Notes: generated from the letters alone by a model not told the origin. A DNA stretch of 32,000 nucleotides from Erysipelotrichaceae bacterium (GCA_963663995.1 OY760660.1:300001-332000), one strand, 5' to 3'. Shown: positions 1-7,812, counted from the first letter of the stretch. Made by a program: numbers and translations.

Positions 1-486
1 ACCTTGACGTGATATTTTACGCATAGCTGCTTCAACTGTCGTATTTGAACGTAAAGTTATGAATTCATTACTCATGATTGAACCACAGGAATTTTCTTCA
101 TAACTTAAAAATGTGTTAATATCCTGTCTTAGTTCTGGTGACGCAGAATTCAAAATCTTCATCACTAATTCATCTGGTAATTCACTTAAGATTTCATTCA
201 AGTCATCAGAATAGAGCTCTTCTAATAATTTATGAAGCATTTCTGGGTGAAGATGATTAGATAAGCGTTCAACCGTTTCAGGATCTAAATAGGTTAAAAG
301 TTCAGCCCCAATATCTTTTCTAAGAATTTTGAAAAGATGTAATAGTTGATCGGTTTCTAAAGGGTCGACAATCGCAGCAGCATCAACAATATTTGTTTCA
401 TCAAAAAAAGTACGAATACGTTTGTATTCTTTTGATTCAATTGCTTGCGAAAGGTTTTCAAATGTTTCGATTTCTAATAGTTCCAT
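1..486 (-). CDS. mgtE: Magnesium transporter MgtE, N-terminal part (partial; 3' end lies beyond the window start)
   Basis: Minus-strand ORF open to the window edge, with ATG at complement 486-484. The translation MELLEIETFENLSQAIESKEYKRIRTFFDETNIVDAAAIV...LSELPDELVMKILNSASPELRQDINTFLSYEENSCGSIMSNEFITLRSNTTVEAAMRKI reads as an MgtE N-terminal domain followed by the start of a CBS domain. Confidence 0.8.
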   Translation of the reverse strand, partial: MELLEIETFENLSQAIESKEYKRIRTFFDETNIVDAAAIVDPLETDQLLHLFKILRKDIGAELLTYLDPETVERLSNHLHPEMLHKLLEELYSDDLNEILSELPDELVMKILNSASPELRQDINTFLSYEENSCGSIMSNEFITLRSNTTVEAAMRKISRQG

Positions 487-627
487 CTCTTTTATTTTAA
501 GGGTTATTAGCATATTAACCAAACAAAAAGTCAGCTTTTAAAAAATATATAGATAAAATTCTACAAATTTCAAAGAAAACATTGACTTAAAGTGAACTCA
601 AGGGTTTAGGATAGTTATGGAGACTTT

Positions 628-1053
628 ATGAATCAAATAGAAAAAGCAAAACAAATATTAGTAGAAAATGATTATACATGTGTCCTATTAAAGAATGACA
701 CGCAATATACAAGTAAGAAAAAAGGGGTAGCACCAGTCCTTGATTTAATGAGCGAGGGCATTGATTTAGAAGGCTTTGTCTTAGCTGATCGAGTCATTGG
801 GAAAAGCGTTGCATACTTAGTTGTTGAAGCAAAAATTAAAGAAGTTTATACCTATATGATTAGTCAACATGCGATTGAGGTGTTTGAGAAATATCAAATT
901 CCTTTTATCTATACAATAAAAGTAGATCGTATTTTAAATAATACAAAAGATGGCTTTTGTCCAATGGAATCAACAGTACTTGATGTCAATGATCCCACAG
1001 AAGCTTTTGTATTATTGGAAAATAAATTAAAAACACTTAGGAAGGGGATTTAA
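628..1053 (+). CDS. DUF1893 (TM1506-like) domain protein
   Basis: 141-aa ORF with a GGAG RBS about 8 nt upstream. Length and sequence look like the DUF1893 family. This is by-eye recognition only. Confidence 0.65.
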   Translation: MNQIEKAKQILVENDYTCVLLKNDTQYTSKKKGVAPVLDLMSEGIDLEGFVLADRVIGKSVAYLVVEAKIKEVYTYMISQHAIEVFEKYQIPFIYTIKVDRILNNTKDGFCPMESTVLDVNDPTEAFVLLENKLKTLRKGI

Positions 1054-1055
1054 GA

Positions 1056-2162
1056 ATGGATAGAATTAAAAAGAATTTTGGATTTGGTTGTATGCGATTA
1101 CCGATGAATGGAGAGAAAGTTGATACCGTTGAATTTTCTAAAATGGTAGATGAATTTATTGATCAAGGGTTCAACTATTTTGATACAGCCCATGGTTATT
1201 TAAAAGGGGAAAGTGAAAAAGCAATTAAAGAATGTTTAACTTCTCGTCATGATAGAAGTGAATATTTACTCGCTAATAAATTAACTGCACCATATTTTGA
1301 TAAAGAAGAGGATGTTAAGCCTTTCTTTGAGTCACAGTTAGAACTTTGTGGTGTTGATTACTTTGATTTTTACTTAATGCATGCACAAAGCAGTAATAAT
1401 TTTCCGCATTTCAAAGCATGTCGAGCTTATGAACAAGCTTTTGAATTAAAAGCAGCTGGTAAAATTAGACATGTAGGCTTGTCCTTTCATGATCAAGCGA
1501 GTGTATTAGATAGTATTTTAGAGCAATATCCAGAGATTGAGTTTGTCCAAATTCAATTCAACTACTTAGATTTAGATGATCCGGCTATTGAATCACGTAA
1601 ATGTGCCGAAGTATGTTTAAAACATAAAAAACCTATGGTCATTATGGAACCAGTAAAAGGTGGTAACTTAGTTAATATGCCTGAGCCTGCTTTAAAAATC
1701 TTGAGTGATTTAGAAGGTGGCTCAGCAGCCAGTTATGCGATTCGTTTTGCGGCAAGTCAAGAAGGTGTCATGATGGTTTTATCTGGCATGAGTAATCTTG
1801 AACAAATGAATGATAATCTTTCTACAATGAAAGATTTCAAACCGTTAAATGAAATTGAATATAAAGCCATCGATGAAGTTAGACATTACTTTAAAACATT
1901 GAATTTAATTGGTTGCACGGCTTGTCAATACTGTGTCGAAGGATGTCCAGAACAAATCCTTATGCCAGACATTTTCTCAGCAGTAAATAACTATCATCTT
2001 TTTAAGAATTGGAATACAAAAGTTTATTATAATAATGTTATTACTGCGAATGGTCATGGTAAAGCATCCGATTGTATCAAATGTGGTTCCTGTGAAACAG
2101 TTTGTCCTCAACATCTACCAATTAGAGACCTACTCGTTCAAGCTGCTCAAACTTTTGAATAA
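1056..2162 (+). CDS. Aldo/keto reductase with C-terminal 4Fe-4S ferredoxin-type domain
   Basis: 368-aa ORF starting 2 nt after the previous stop. N-terminal AKR fold (FDTAHGY, SFHD, MEPVKGG). C-terminal Cys clusters CTACQYCVEGCP and CIKCGSCETVCP. Confidence 0.85.
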   Translation: MDRIKKNFGFGCMRLPMNGEKVDTVEFSKMVDEFIDQGFNYFDTAHGYLKGESEKAIKECLTSRHDRSEYLLANKLTAPYFDKEEDVKPFFESQLELCGVDYFDFYLMHAQSSNNFPHFKACRAYEQAFELKAAGKIRHVGLSFHDQASVLDSILEQYPEIEFVQIQFNYLDLDDPAIESRKCAEVCLKHKKPMVIMEPVKGGNLVNMPEPALKILSDLEGGSAASYAIRFAASQEGVMMVLSGMSNLEQMNDNLSTMKDFKPLNEIEYKAIDEVRHYFKTLNLIGCTACQYCVEGCPEQILMPDIFSAVNNYHLFKNWNTKVYYNNVITANGHGKASDCIKCGSCETVCPQHLPIRDLLVQAAQTFE

Positions 2163-2164
2163 TT

Positions 2165-2188
2165 AAAGCCTCGTGGAGGCTTTTTTTA
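2165..2188 (+). terminator. Rho-independent terminator after the AKR gene
   Basis: AAAGCCTC-GTG-GAGGCTTT stem-loop followed by a T-run. Confidence 0.8.
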
Positions 2189-2267
2189 TTTTAAATTAGC
2201 GAATTATGTGTATCATAATTAATAGATATATCTATATATATTAGAAATTAATTTTATAAGCAAACGT

Positions 2268-2275
2268 TATCCTTT
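2268..2275. repeat. Left copy of the 8-bp target-site duplication TATCCTTT
   Basis: Identical octamer directly abuts both IS termini (2268-2275 and 3622-3629). 8 bp is the duplication length typical of IS256-family elements. Confidence 0.8.
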
Positions 2276-3621
2276 GAGAGTATAAAATATTTTGTGTAAA
2301 CGTCTCTAAGTAGAAGAGACGGTGTTCTTTGAAAGAGTGGGAAGCACTCATGTAAAATGTAGTTGTTCAGAAAACAATTACAGGAGACTTCCCATGTCAA
2401 ATTTTAGCACAGATTTAATGAGCGCATTTCTTAAAGGTGAAAGTATCGAAGAAGTGATGCGAATCGAACTTGAGAAAGCTGTTAATGAGTTATTACAGTT
2501 AGAGTTAACCAGTTATCTAGACTATGATAAATATGATCCCATTGGTTATAACACAGGTAACTCAAGAAATGGAACTTACACACGTCAACTCAAAACACGC
2601 TTTGGAGAAATCAGTGTAGAAATACCACGAGATCGTAATGGAGAATTCAAGCAGCACACAGTTCCCAGTTATAAGCGAAGCACCGATGATTTAGAATCCA
2701 TGATTATTCAGATGTATCAACGTGGGATAACGACATCTGAGATATCAGAACTCATTGAACGCATGTTTGGAATGTATTACACACCGCAAACGATATCGAA
2801 TATGACGCAAGTTCTAAGTGATCAAGTTGAAGCGTTTCATACCCGTCAAATTCAGTCTCGATATGTCAGTTTATATCTGGATGCGACTTACTTAAGCGTA
2901 AGACGAGATCGTGTCTCTAAAGAAGCTTTACACATCATTGTCGGGATTACAGAGGAAGGCATCAAAGAGATTCTAGATTATCGTCTATATCCTTCAGAAT
3001 CCTCTGAGAACTATCGAGAAATGCTTGAAGACTTAAAGTCACGAGGATTAGAAGAAGCACTCATATGTGTCAGTGATGGGTTAACTGGGCTAAGAGATGT
3101 TTGTTTAGAAGTATTCCCACAAACTCAACATCAAAGTTGTTGGGTACATCTATCAAGACGCGTAGGTCATTTAGTTAGAGCTAAAGACAAAGGGATTGTG
3201 TTGAATGATTTGAAGGATGTTTATCAAGCTAAAACAAAGAATGAAGCTTTGATTAATTTAGAAGTTTTTAGAACCAAATATGAAAGACATTATCCTAAAG
3301 CCGTTCAAGTCCTAAGCAATACTGAATCACTTCTAAGCTTCTATAACTTCCCACAATCCATTCAAAGAAGTATTTACACAACTAACTTGATTGAAAATCT
3401 AAACAAACAACTCAAACGTCAAACGAAGAAAAAAGAACAGTTTCCCAATGAAGAATCTTTAGACAGATTCATCTGTAGTCTGTTCTTGAATATGAATCAA
3501 AAGTTCCAAAGTAGAATCCACAAAGGATTCAATAAATCTGAATACGAATTAGAAAAACATTTCGACAAAACATTTTACGAGTAAATTCCTTTAGAGTTTA
3601 CACAAAATTCTTTACACTACC
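2276..3621 (+). mobile_element. Complete IS256-family insertion sequence (1346 bp)
   Basis: Left end GAGAGTATAAAATATTTTGTGTAAAC against the reverse complement of the right end GGTAGTGTAAAGAATTTTGTGTAAAC gives 21/26 matches with a perfect 12-bp core TTTTGTGTAAAC. It holds a single DDE transposase ORF and is flanked by the 8-bp direct repeat. Confidence 0.9.
2394..3584 (+). CDS. IS256-family (mutator-type) DDE transposase
   Basis: The ORF track starts at 2322. ATG 2394 is preferred because AGGAG lies 7 nt upstream. Motifs LYLDATYLSVRRD, CVSDGLTGL and TTNLIENLNKQLKRQTKKK fit the IS256 D-D-E region. The resulting 396 aa is typical for the family. Confidence 0.9.
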   Translation: MSNFSTDLMSAFLKGESIEEVMRIELEKAVNELLQLELTSYLDYDKYDPIGYNTGNSRNGTYTRQLKTRFGEISVEIPRDRNGEFKQHTVPSYKRSTDDLESMIIQMYQRGITTSEISELIERMFGMYYTPQTISNMTQVLSDQVEAFHTRQIQSRYVSLYLDATYLSVRRDRVSKEALHIIVGITEEGIKEILDYRLYPSESSENYREMLEDLKSRGLEEALICVSDGLTGLRDVCLEVFPQTQHQSCWVHLSRRVGHLVRAKDKGIVLNDLKDVYQAKTKNEALINLEVFRTKYERHYPKAVQVLSNTESLLSFYNFPQSIQRSIYTTNLIENLNKQLKRQTKKKEQFPNEESLDRFICSLFLNMNQKFQSRIHKGFNKSEYELEKHFDKTFYE

Positions 3622-3629
3622 TATCCTTT
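3622..3629. repeat. Right copy of the 8-bp target-site duplication TATCCTTT
   Basis: See the left copy. Confidence 0.8.
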
Positions 3630-3672
3630 TATATATTAATTTAAAAAAATATCGTTTTACATACTTTTTTTA

Positions 3673-4812
3673 TTGATAATTTTAACATTTTCTTTTGTTT
3701 TGCCTAGTGAGGATTTAAAGTTTAATTCAAGTGATATAAATGTATTAGATTTAGAATGGACAGTTCAATTTGAAGATGGTCACACTGAACTTGTTCATTT
3801 ACAGCATTCTTATAATGGCGAAAAAGGGGAAATATTTATTTACTCAGCAAATATTCCTGAACATTTGCGAAATGCAATTCATATTAGAATTAGATCATCT
3901 ATGCAAAAAATTCAGGTCTATCTAAATAATGGTCTTGTTTTTGATAATGATATTTTAAAAAATGATGGACCTTTTTATGCTCCAGTATCAAGTACTTGGT
4001 ATTTTATTGATTTAAGTGTTTGTGATGAAGGCTGTGAGATTAAAATTGTTAACTCGTCTGAGGTTCGAACTATGTCAGGGTCTCTCAATGAAATTTACTT
4101 CGGTAGTCGTGGAGATTTAAAAAATGATATCTTATTATCTAATTTATTGAATTTATTTTTCGTTTTCAGTATTTTTATTATCAGTATTCTGGGTTTTGTA
4201 GTGGACTTTCTTCTTAAAAATGAGTCAAAACGTTTAATGCATTTAAATGTTTTCTTTATGTCAATTAGCATATGGGCATTCTCGGAATTGAATGTTTTGC
4301 AGTTTGTGACAGGTAATCGATTCATTTTAGGAAGTATATCTTACTTACTTATTCCAGTAATGTTTATATCGTTTATTCAATTTATTAAAACAGTTTCTTT
4401 AGATAAATATGAAAAACTGATTAACTGGATATCACTTGGTTATCTGTTGTATTTTTTATTTGACATTTTAAGTGCGATATTCTTAAATTTAAATCATTTT
4501 GAGAACATGATTTATGTGGTTATTTATTCTATCGTAGTCGTCATTGGCTTGTTTTTTCTAATACTCTACGATGCATTCATCAACCATAATTATGAATCAA
4601 TGCGCTACTTAGCGGCAATTTCAATACTAATTATCTCAACGATTTTTACAATTGTTCGAGTGCTTTATAATAATATCCATGATATGGCTGATGGTATGCT
4701 AATTTGTTTATTCGTGTTCTTTATTTATTTAATTTACGATACAATTCAATATTTAAAACGCATTTTAAGACTTGAAGCTGAAGCCCTATACATTAAAGAA
4801 TGTTGTGTATAA
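3673..4812 (+). CDS. 7TM sensor module (7TMR-DISM-like: N-terminal extracytoplasmic domain plus 7 TM helices); probable 5' fragment of a disrupted diguanylate cyclase gene
   Basis: About 150-aa soluble N-terminal region followed by seven hydrophobic helices. The ORF ends in a coiled linker (RLEAEALYIKE) and then stops. Only a TTG start with no SD is available, and the frame is closed by TAA at 3637-3639. It overlaps the GGDEF ORF in the +1 frame. Confidence 0.6.
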   Translation: MIILTFSFVLPSEDLKFNSSDINVLDLEWTVQFEDGHTELVHLQHSYNGEKGEIFIYSANIPEHLRNAIHIRIRSSMQKIQVYLNNGLVFDNDILKNDGPFYAPVSSTWYFIDLSVCDEGCEIKIVNSSEVRTMSGSLNEIYFGSRGDLKNDILLSNLLNLFFVFSIFIISILGFVVDFLLKNESKRLMHLNVFFMSISIWAFSELNVLQFVTGNRFILGSISYLLIPVMFISFIQFIKTVSLDKYEKLINWISLGYLLYFLFDILSAIFLNLNHFENMIYVVIYSIVVVIGLFFLILYDAFINHNYESMRYLAAISILIISTIFTIVRVLYNNIHDMADGMLICLFVFFIYLIYDTIQYLKRILRLEAEALYIKECCV

Positions 4813-5272
4813 AGATCCTTTAACAGGGGGGTTAAATCGCGCAAAATATGAAGAAGATATTGATGCACATTTGAATGAAAATAGAAAGTTTAAACTTGTT
4901 TTTATGGATATTAATAATCTAAAAATGATTAATGATCAACAAGGACATAGTGTTGGTGATAATGCTATTAAAATATTCTATGAACAAATGGAGAATTTCT
5001 TTTGTTTGACAGAGGGGAGTTATTGTTATCGAATTGGAGGAGATGAGTTTGCTATTATTATGGATAATAGTGATATGAAAGTATATGACTCACTTCTCAA
5101 ACAGTTTCAGGATAACCTTAAACAAGTCTCCGCAAATTTAATATATCAAATTGAAGGTGCTGTAGCGAGTGATGTGTATGATTTCTCGTGTAGCTTTGCT
5201 GAGTTAAAACGGCGAGTAGATTTAATGATGTATGAACACAAACAGCTTACTAAAAAATTTAAGTATCGATAA
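4772..5272 (+). CDS. GGDEF (diguanylate cyclase) domain; probable 3' fragment of the same disrupted gene
   Basis: YKDPLTGGLNR, FMDINNLKMINDQQGHSVGD and YRIGGDEFAI are canonical GGDEF-domain blocks with the active-site GGDEF intact. No RxxD I-site lies 5 aa upstream. There is no own ATG or RBS; the ORF opens with TTG inside the previous ORF. Confidence 0.65.
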   Translation: MKLKPYTLKNVVYKDPLTGGLNRAKYEEDIDAHLNENRKFKLVFMDINNLKMINDQQGHSVGDNAIKIFYEQMENFFCLTEGSYCYRIGGDEFAIIMDNSDMKVYDSLLKQFQDNLKQVSANLIYQIEGAVASDVYDFSCSFAELKRRVDLMMYEHKQLTKKFKYR

Positions 5273-5277
5273 AATAC

Positions 5278-5298
5278 AGCCCTTTAAGGGCTTTTTTA
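5278..5298 (+). terminator. Rho-independent terminator after the GGDEF ORF
   Basis: AGCCC-TTTAA-GGGCT stem-loop followed by TTTTTT. Confidence 0.7.
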
Positions 5299-5379
5299 AT
5301 GAAAATAGACTTTAAATTAAGTATATTGATTTAAAAATTAATATAATTAATTATAAAATTAATAAAATTAATAATATAG

Positions 5380-5410
5380 TTGACAAAAACAATTGAATGA
5401 TTAATATAAT
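5380..5410 (+). promoter_or_regulatory. Candidate sigma-A promoter of the DUF2089 operon
   Basis: TTGACA at 5380-5385. TAATATAAT at 5402-5410 gives spacers of 16-19 nt depending on the -10 register. An AT-rich AATTAATA-repeat region lies upstream and could act as an UP element. Confidence 0.45.
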
Positions 5411-5421
5411 AGATATAAGCT

Positions 5422-5685
5422 ATGAAAAAGAAAATAAAAGTAAGTATTAACACACCTGATTTCAAAATGAATCTTCCTGCTTGTCCTTTGTGGTTAATCT
5501 CTAGCATGTCACAATTTGCGATAAAGCGAATTGATGATGAAAATCTAAAACTTAAATTAAAGGAGAATAAAAAAATAATTAAAGATTTTATTAAGTCGTT
5601 AGATAAGACGCTCAATGATTATGAGGCATTTACATTTTTGGAAGTAGAAAGCGAGGATACATATGTTCTTATCGATGTTTTATAA
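5422..5685 (+). CDS. Small hypothetical protein (87 aa), paralogous to the C-terminal half of the 124-aa protein two genes downstream
   Basis: Shares ordered blocks with residues about 47-124 of ORF 6065-6439: IKVSI/IRVVI, MNLP/VNVP, NLKLK/NLNLK, KKII/DKII and FLEVESEDTYVLIDV/LVTVDTEEGDHVRIFID. No SD. The -10 box lies only about 12 nt upstream. Confidence 0.65.
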   Translation: MKKKIKVSINTPDFKMNLPACPLWLISSMSQFAIKRIDDENLKLKLKENKKIIKDFIKSLDKTLNDYEAFTFLEVESEDTYVLIDVL

Positions 5686-5697
5686 AGGAGACCAACT

Positions 5698-6063
5698 ATG
5701 AAAAACGAAGTAATTGGAACATGCCCAGTATGTTCAAACGATTTGACAGTCACGCGATTAAGTTGTTCACATTGTCATACTGAAATAAGTGGTGATTTCG
5801 CTCTATCAAAATTTTCCTACTTAGATAAAGATGAATTATATTTTGTAGAAACTTTCTTGAGAGCCGAAGGAAATATTAAAGAAATGGAACGATCGTTAGA
5901 AGTATCGTATCCAACTGTAAAAAAGATGTTAGCTAATGTTTTAGGCAAGATGGGATATGATACAAAACCTATCAGTGATGTCGATGAAGCTGAAATATTA
6001 GAGCGTTTAAGACGAAAAGAAATTAGTGTAAAGGAAGCTAGTGAGCTATTGAAAGGTAAATAA
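5698..6063 (+). CDS. DUF2089 protein (N-terminal Zn-ribbon plus C-terminal HTH)
   Basis: CPVC...CSHC zinc ribbon followed by an ELYFVETFLRAEGNIKEMERSLEVSYPTVKKML helix-turn-helix-like segment. Strong AAGGAG RBS. Confidence 0.8.
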   Translation: MKNEVIGTCPVCSNDLTVTRLSCSHCHTEISGDFALSKFSYLDKDELYFVETFLRAEGNIKEMERSLEVSYPTVKKMLANVLGKMGYDTKPISDVDEAEILERLRRKEISVKEASELLKGK

Positions 6064-6064
6064 T

Positions 6065-6439
6065 ATGAACACAAAAGAACAAATATTAAACATGGTTAAG
6101 GATGGCAGTATAAGTGTAGAAGAAGGCTTAGAATTGATAAATGCTTTAGAAACAAAAGATCAAGTTGTAAGTGCTCCAAAAGCCAAACCGTTGGGAAAAC
6201 GAATGATTCGTGTTGTAATCGATAGTAAAGAAGGTGAAAAGGTTCGTGTCAATGTACCATTGTCTCTTGCTAAAATTGGTTTAGATTTAGGATCACAACT
6301 CAATATTGATGGTAAAAACTTAAATTTAAAAGGAATTGATTTAGATAAAATTATTGATCAAATAGATGAAGACACACATGGAGAATTAGTGACTGTCGAC
6401 ACTGAAGAAGGTGATCATGTCCGTATATTTATTGATTAA
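6065..6439 (+). CDS. SHOCT-like (YvlB/LiaX N-terminal type) domain protein
   Basis: The N-terminus KEQILNMVKDGSISVEEGLELINALE matches the SHOCT-like helical motif. The C-terminal half is the module shared with ORF 5422-5685. The start lies 1 nt after the previous stop. Confidence 0.7.
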   Translation: MNTKEQILNMVKDGSISVEEGLELINALETKDQVVSAPKAKPLGKRMIRVVIDSKEGEKVRVNVPLSLAKIGLDLGSQLNIDGKNLNLKGIDLDKIIDQIDEDTHGELVTVDTEEGDHVRIFID

Positions 6440-6453
6440 TAAAAGGAGAATTT

Positions 6454-7686
6454 ATGTCGACTTCAAATGATCATAAACCATTTTGGAATCGTAATATTAT
6501 CACCGTGCTTACAAGTCGAGTGACTTCTAATCTCGGTGATATTTTTTATCAAGTTGCGATAGGTTTCTGGGTTTATCAAGAAACTGGTTCAATGGCGTTG
6601 ATGAGTGTTATGGCTTCAATTGGATTATTTGTTAATATGTTTTTAAATCCAATTGGTGGTGTAATTGTTGATCGATTAAATCGAAAAAAACTTTTAATAT
6701 TTGGTGATCTTGCGCAAGCCTTCTTAATGATTAGTGTAGGTTGTATTGCTTTGTTTGGACAACTTTCTATTTCAGTTGTATTTATAGTTGCGTTTCTAGT
6801 CTCGTTGGCAGGAGCGTTTTATTCACCAGCAATTATGACCGTGATGTTGGATATGATTGATAAATCACACATTGTACAAGCTCAATCGAGTTTTGCAGGA
6901 GTAACAAATCTAATCCGTTTAATTGGTAAAGGTCTTTCAGGACTTCTGGTTATTACCATTGGTGTTCCTTTAATGATTATTTTTAATGGGATTTCAAATC
7001 TACTTGCATCGCTCTTGATTTGGACATTAAAGATCGAAATTAAACACAATCAAAATGTGAAAATTACAATAAAATCTGTCTTTATTGATTTAGTTGATGG
7101 AGCAAAACTTAGTTTTACTTTACCCGGTTTAAACTTATTACTAATTTGTGCGATCTGGGCAAATTTCTTTGGGGCAGGTTATATTGAATTACTGATACCT
7201 ATCAGTTTTCTTAAAGGCTTAAATGAAGTTCAATATGGTTTGTTTACGATGTCAAATACAGCTGCTGCTCTATTGGCTGCATTTGTATTAAGTGTTTATG
7301 AAATTCCCACAAAATTTAAGATGAAGCTTTTCGTTTTATCCTTTATTTTTGCGAGTATCTTTACAGTTGTTGGCTTTATCGGTAACGGTTTTTATATGTT
7401 TACTATTTTCTTCTTTATTGGTGAATTTTTTAGTGTCATTGGTAATACACTTTTAACATCTACTTTAATGATTGCTGCTCCAGAAAATAAACGAGCAACA
7501 ATCTTTGGATTTCTTTCTGCATTTTCAATTGGTGGTATGGCTTTATCTACTTTAGCTTATGGTTTTTTATCAAATCATTTCTCAATTATTACAATTAGTA
7601 TAATAGGAACCATTTTAAGTACGATCAGCTTAATTCCTTTATTTATGAGTAAAAAAGTTGAATCACTTATCAAAATAGAGTCTTGA
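6454..7686 (+). CDS. MFS transporter (MFS_3 / DHA3-like efflux type)
   Basis: 410 aa with about 12 predicted TM helices. N-terminal LGDIFYQVAIGFWVY...VDRLNRKKLL is typical of the EntS/Mef-like MFS_3 group. AAGGAG RBS. Confidence 0.85.
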   Translation: MSTSNDHKPFWNRNIITVLTSRVTSNLGDIFYQVAIGFWVYQETGSMALMSVMASIGLFVNMFLNPIGGVIVDRLNRKKLLIFGDLAQAFLMISVGCIALFGQLSISVVFIVAFLVSLAGAFYSPAIMTVMLDMIDKSHIVQAQSSFAGVTNLIRLIGKGLSGLLVITIGVPLMIIFNGISNLLASLLIWTLKIEIKHNQNVKITIKSVFIDLVDGAKLSFTLPGLNLLLICAIWANFFGAGYIELLIPISFLKGLNEVQYGLFTMSNTAAALLAAFVLSVYEIPTKFKMKLFVLSFIFASIFTVVGFIGNGFYMFTIFFFIGEFFSVIGNTLLTSTLMIAAPENKRATIFGFLSAFSIGGMALSTLAYGFLSNHFSIITISIIGTILSTISLIPLFMSKKVESLIKIES

Positions 7687-7697
7687 AAACGTTTTCC
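7683..7697. promoter_or_regulatory. cre-like (CcpA-type) palindrome
   Basis: TTGAAAACGTTTTCC matches WTGNAANCGNWNNCW at 14 of 15 positions. It overlaps the MFS stop codon and lies about 115 bp upstream of the first GH4 gene. Confidence 0.45.
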
Positions 7698-7812
7698 ATG
7701 CTTTCTTTAAATTTTTGAAACACTTTGCCAAAATTGAATATTTGATAGAAGTCTCACAAGGTGTTCTATATAATAAGCCATGATTTAAAAGTCATAAAAA
7801 AAGGAGACAAAA

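Noticed and set aside
487-627. Possible M-box (Mg2+) riboswitch upstream of mgtE.
   Set aside because: The whole mgtE upstream spacer is only about 140 bp, very AT-rich, and shared with the divergent DUF1893 promoter. I could not find the GC-containing multi-helix core expected of an M-box.
2322-2393. Longer transposase start (GTG at 2322) given by the ORF track.
   Set aside because: The N-terminal extension (MFFERVGSTHVKCSCSENNYRRLP) lies partly within the IS terminal region and has no RBS. ATG 2394 has AGGAG 7 nt upstream and gives a family-typical length.
4095-4325. Short ORFs from the six-frame track that lie antisense to, or inside, longer genes: 4095-4325(-), 5331-5615(-), 5817-6074(-), 8115-8336(-), 8576-8797(+), 9662-9916(-), 11156-11359(-), 12091-12306(-), 17503-17688(-), 18147-18365(+), 20395-20625(-), 23809-23991(-), 29412-29594(-), 31711-31935(-).
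   Set aside because: Each is fully overlapped by a longer ORF with clear family motifs. They have no RBS and low-complexity or odd composition, for example NFINFIINYINF, which simply mirrors AT-rich repeats. They are best explained as chance ORFs in AT-rich DNA.
5325-5380. AATTAATA-type short repeats (..AAAATTAATATAATTAATTATAAAATTAATAAAATTAATAATATA..) as a possible repeat array or CRISPR-like feature.
   Set aside because: The units are 8-9 bp, irregular and contiguous with no spacers. This is low-complexity AT-rich DNA just upstream of a -35 box and is more simply read as an UP-element-like region.
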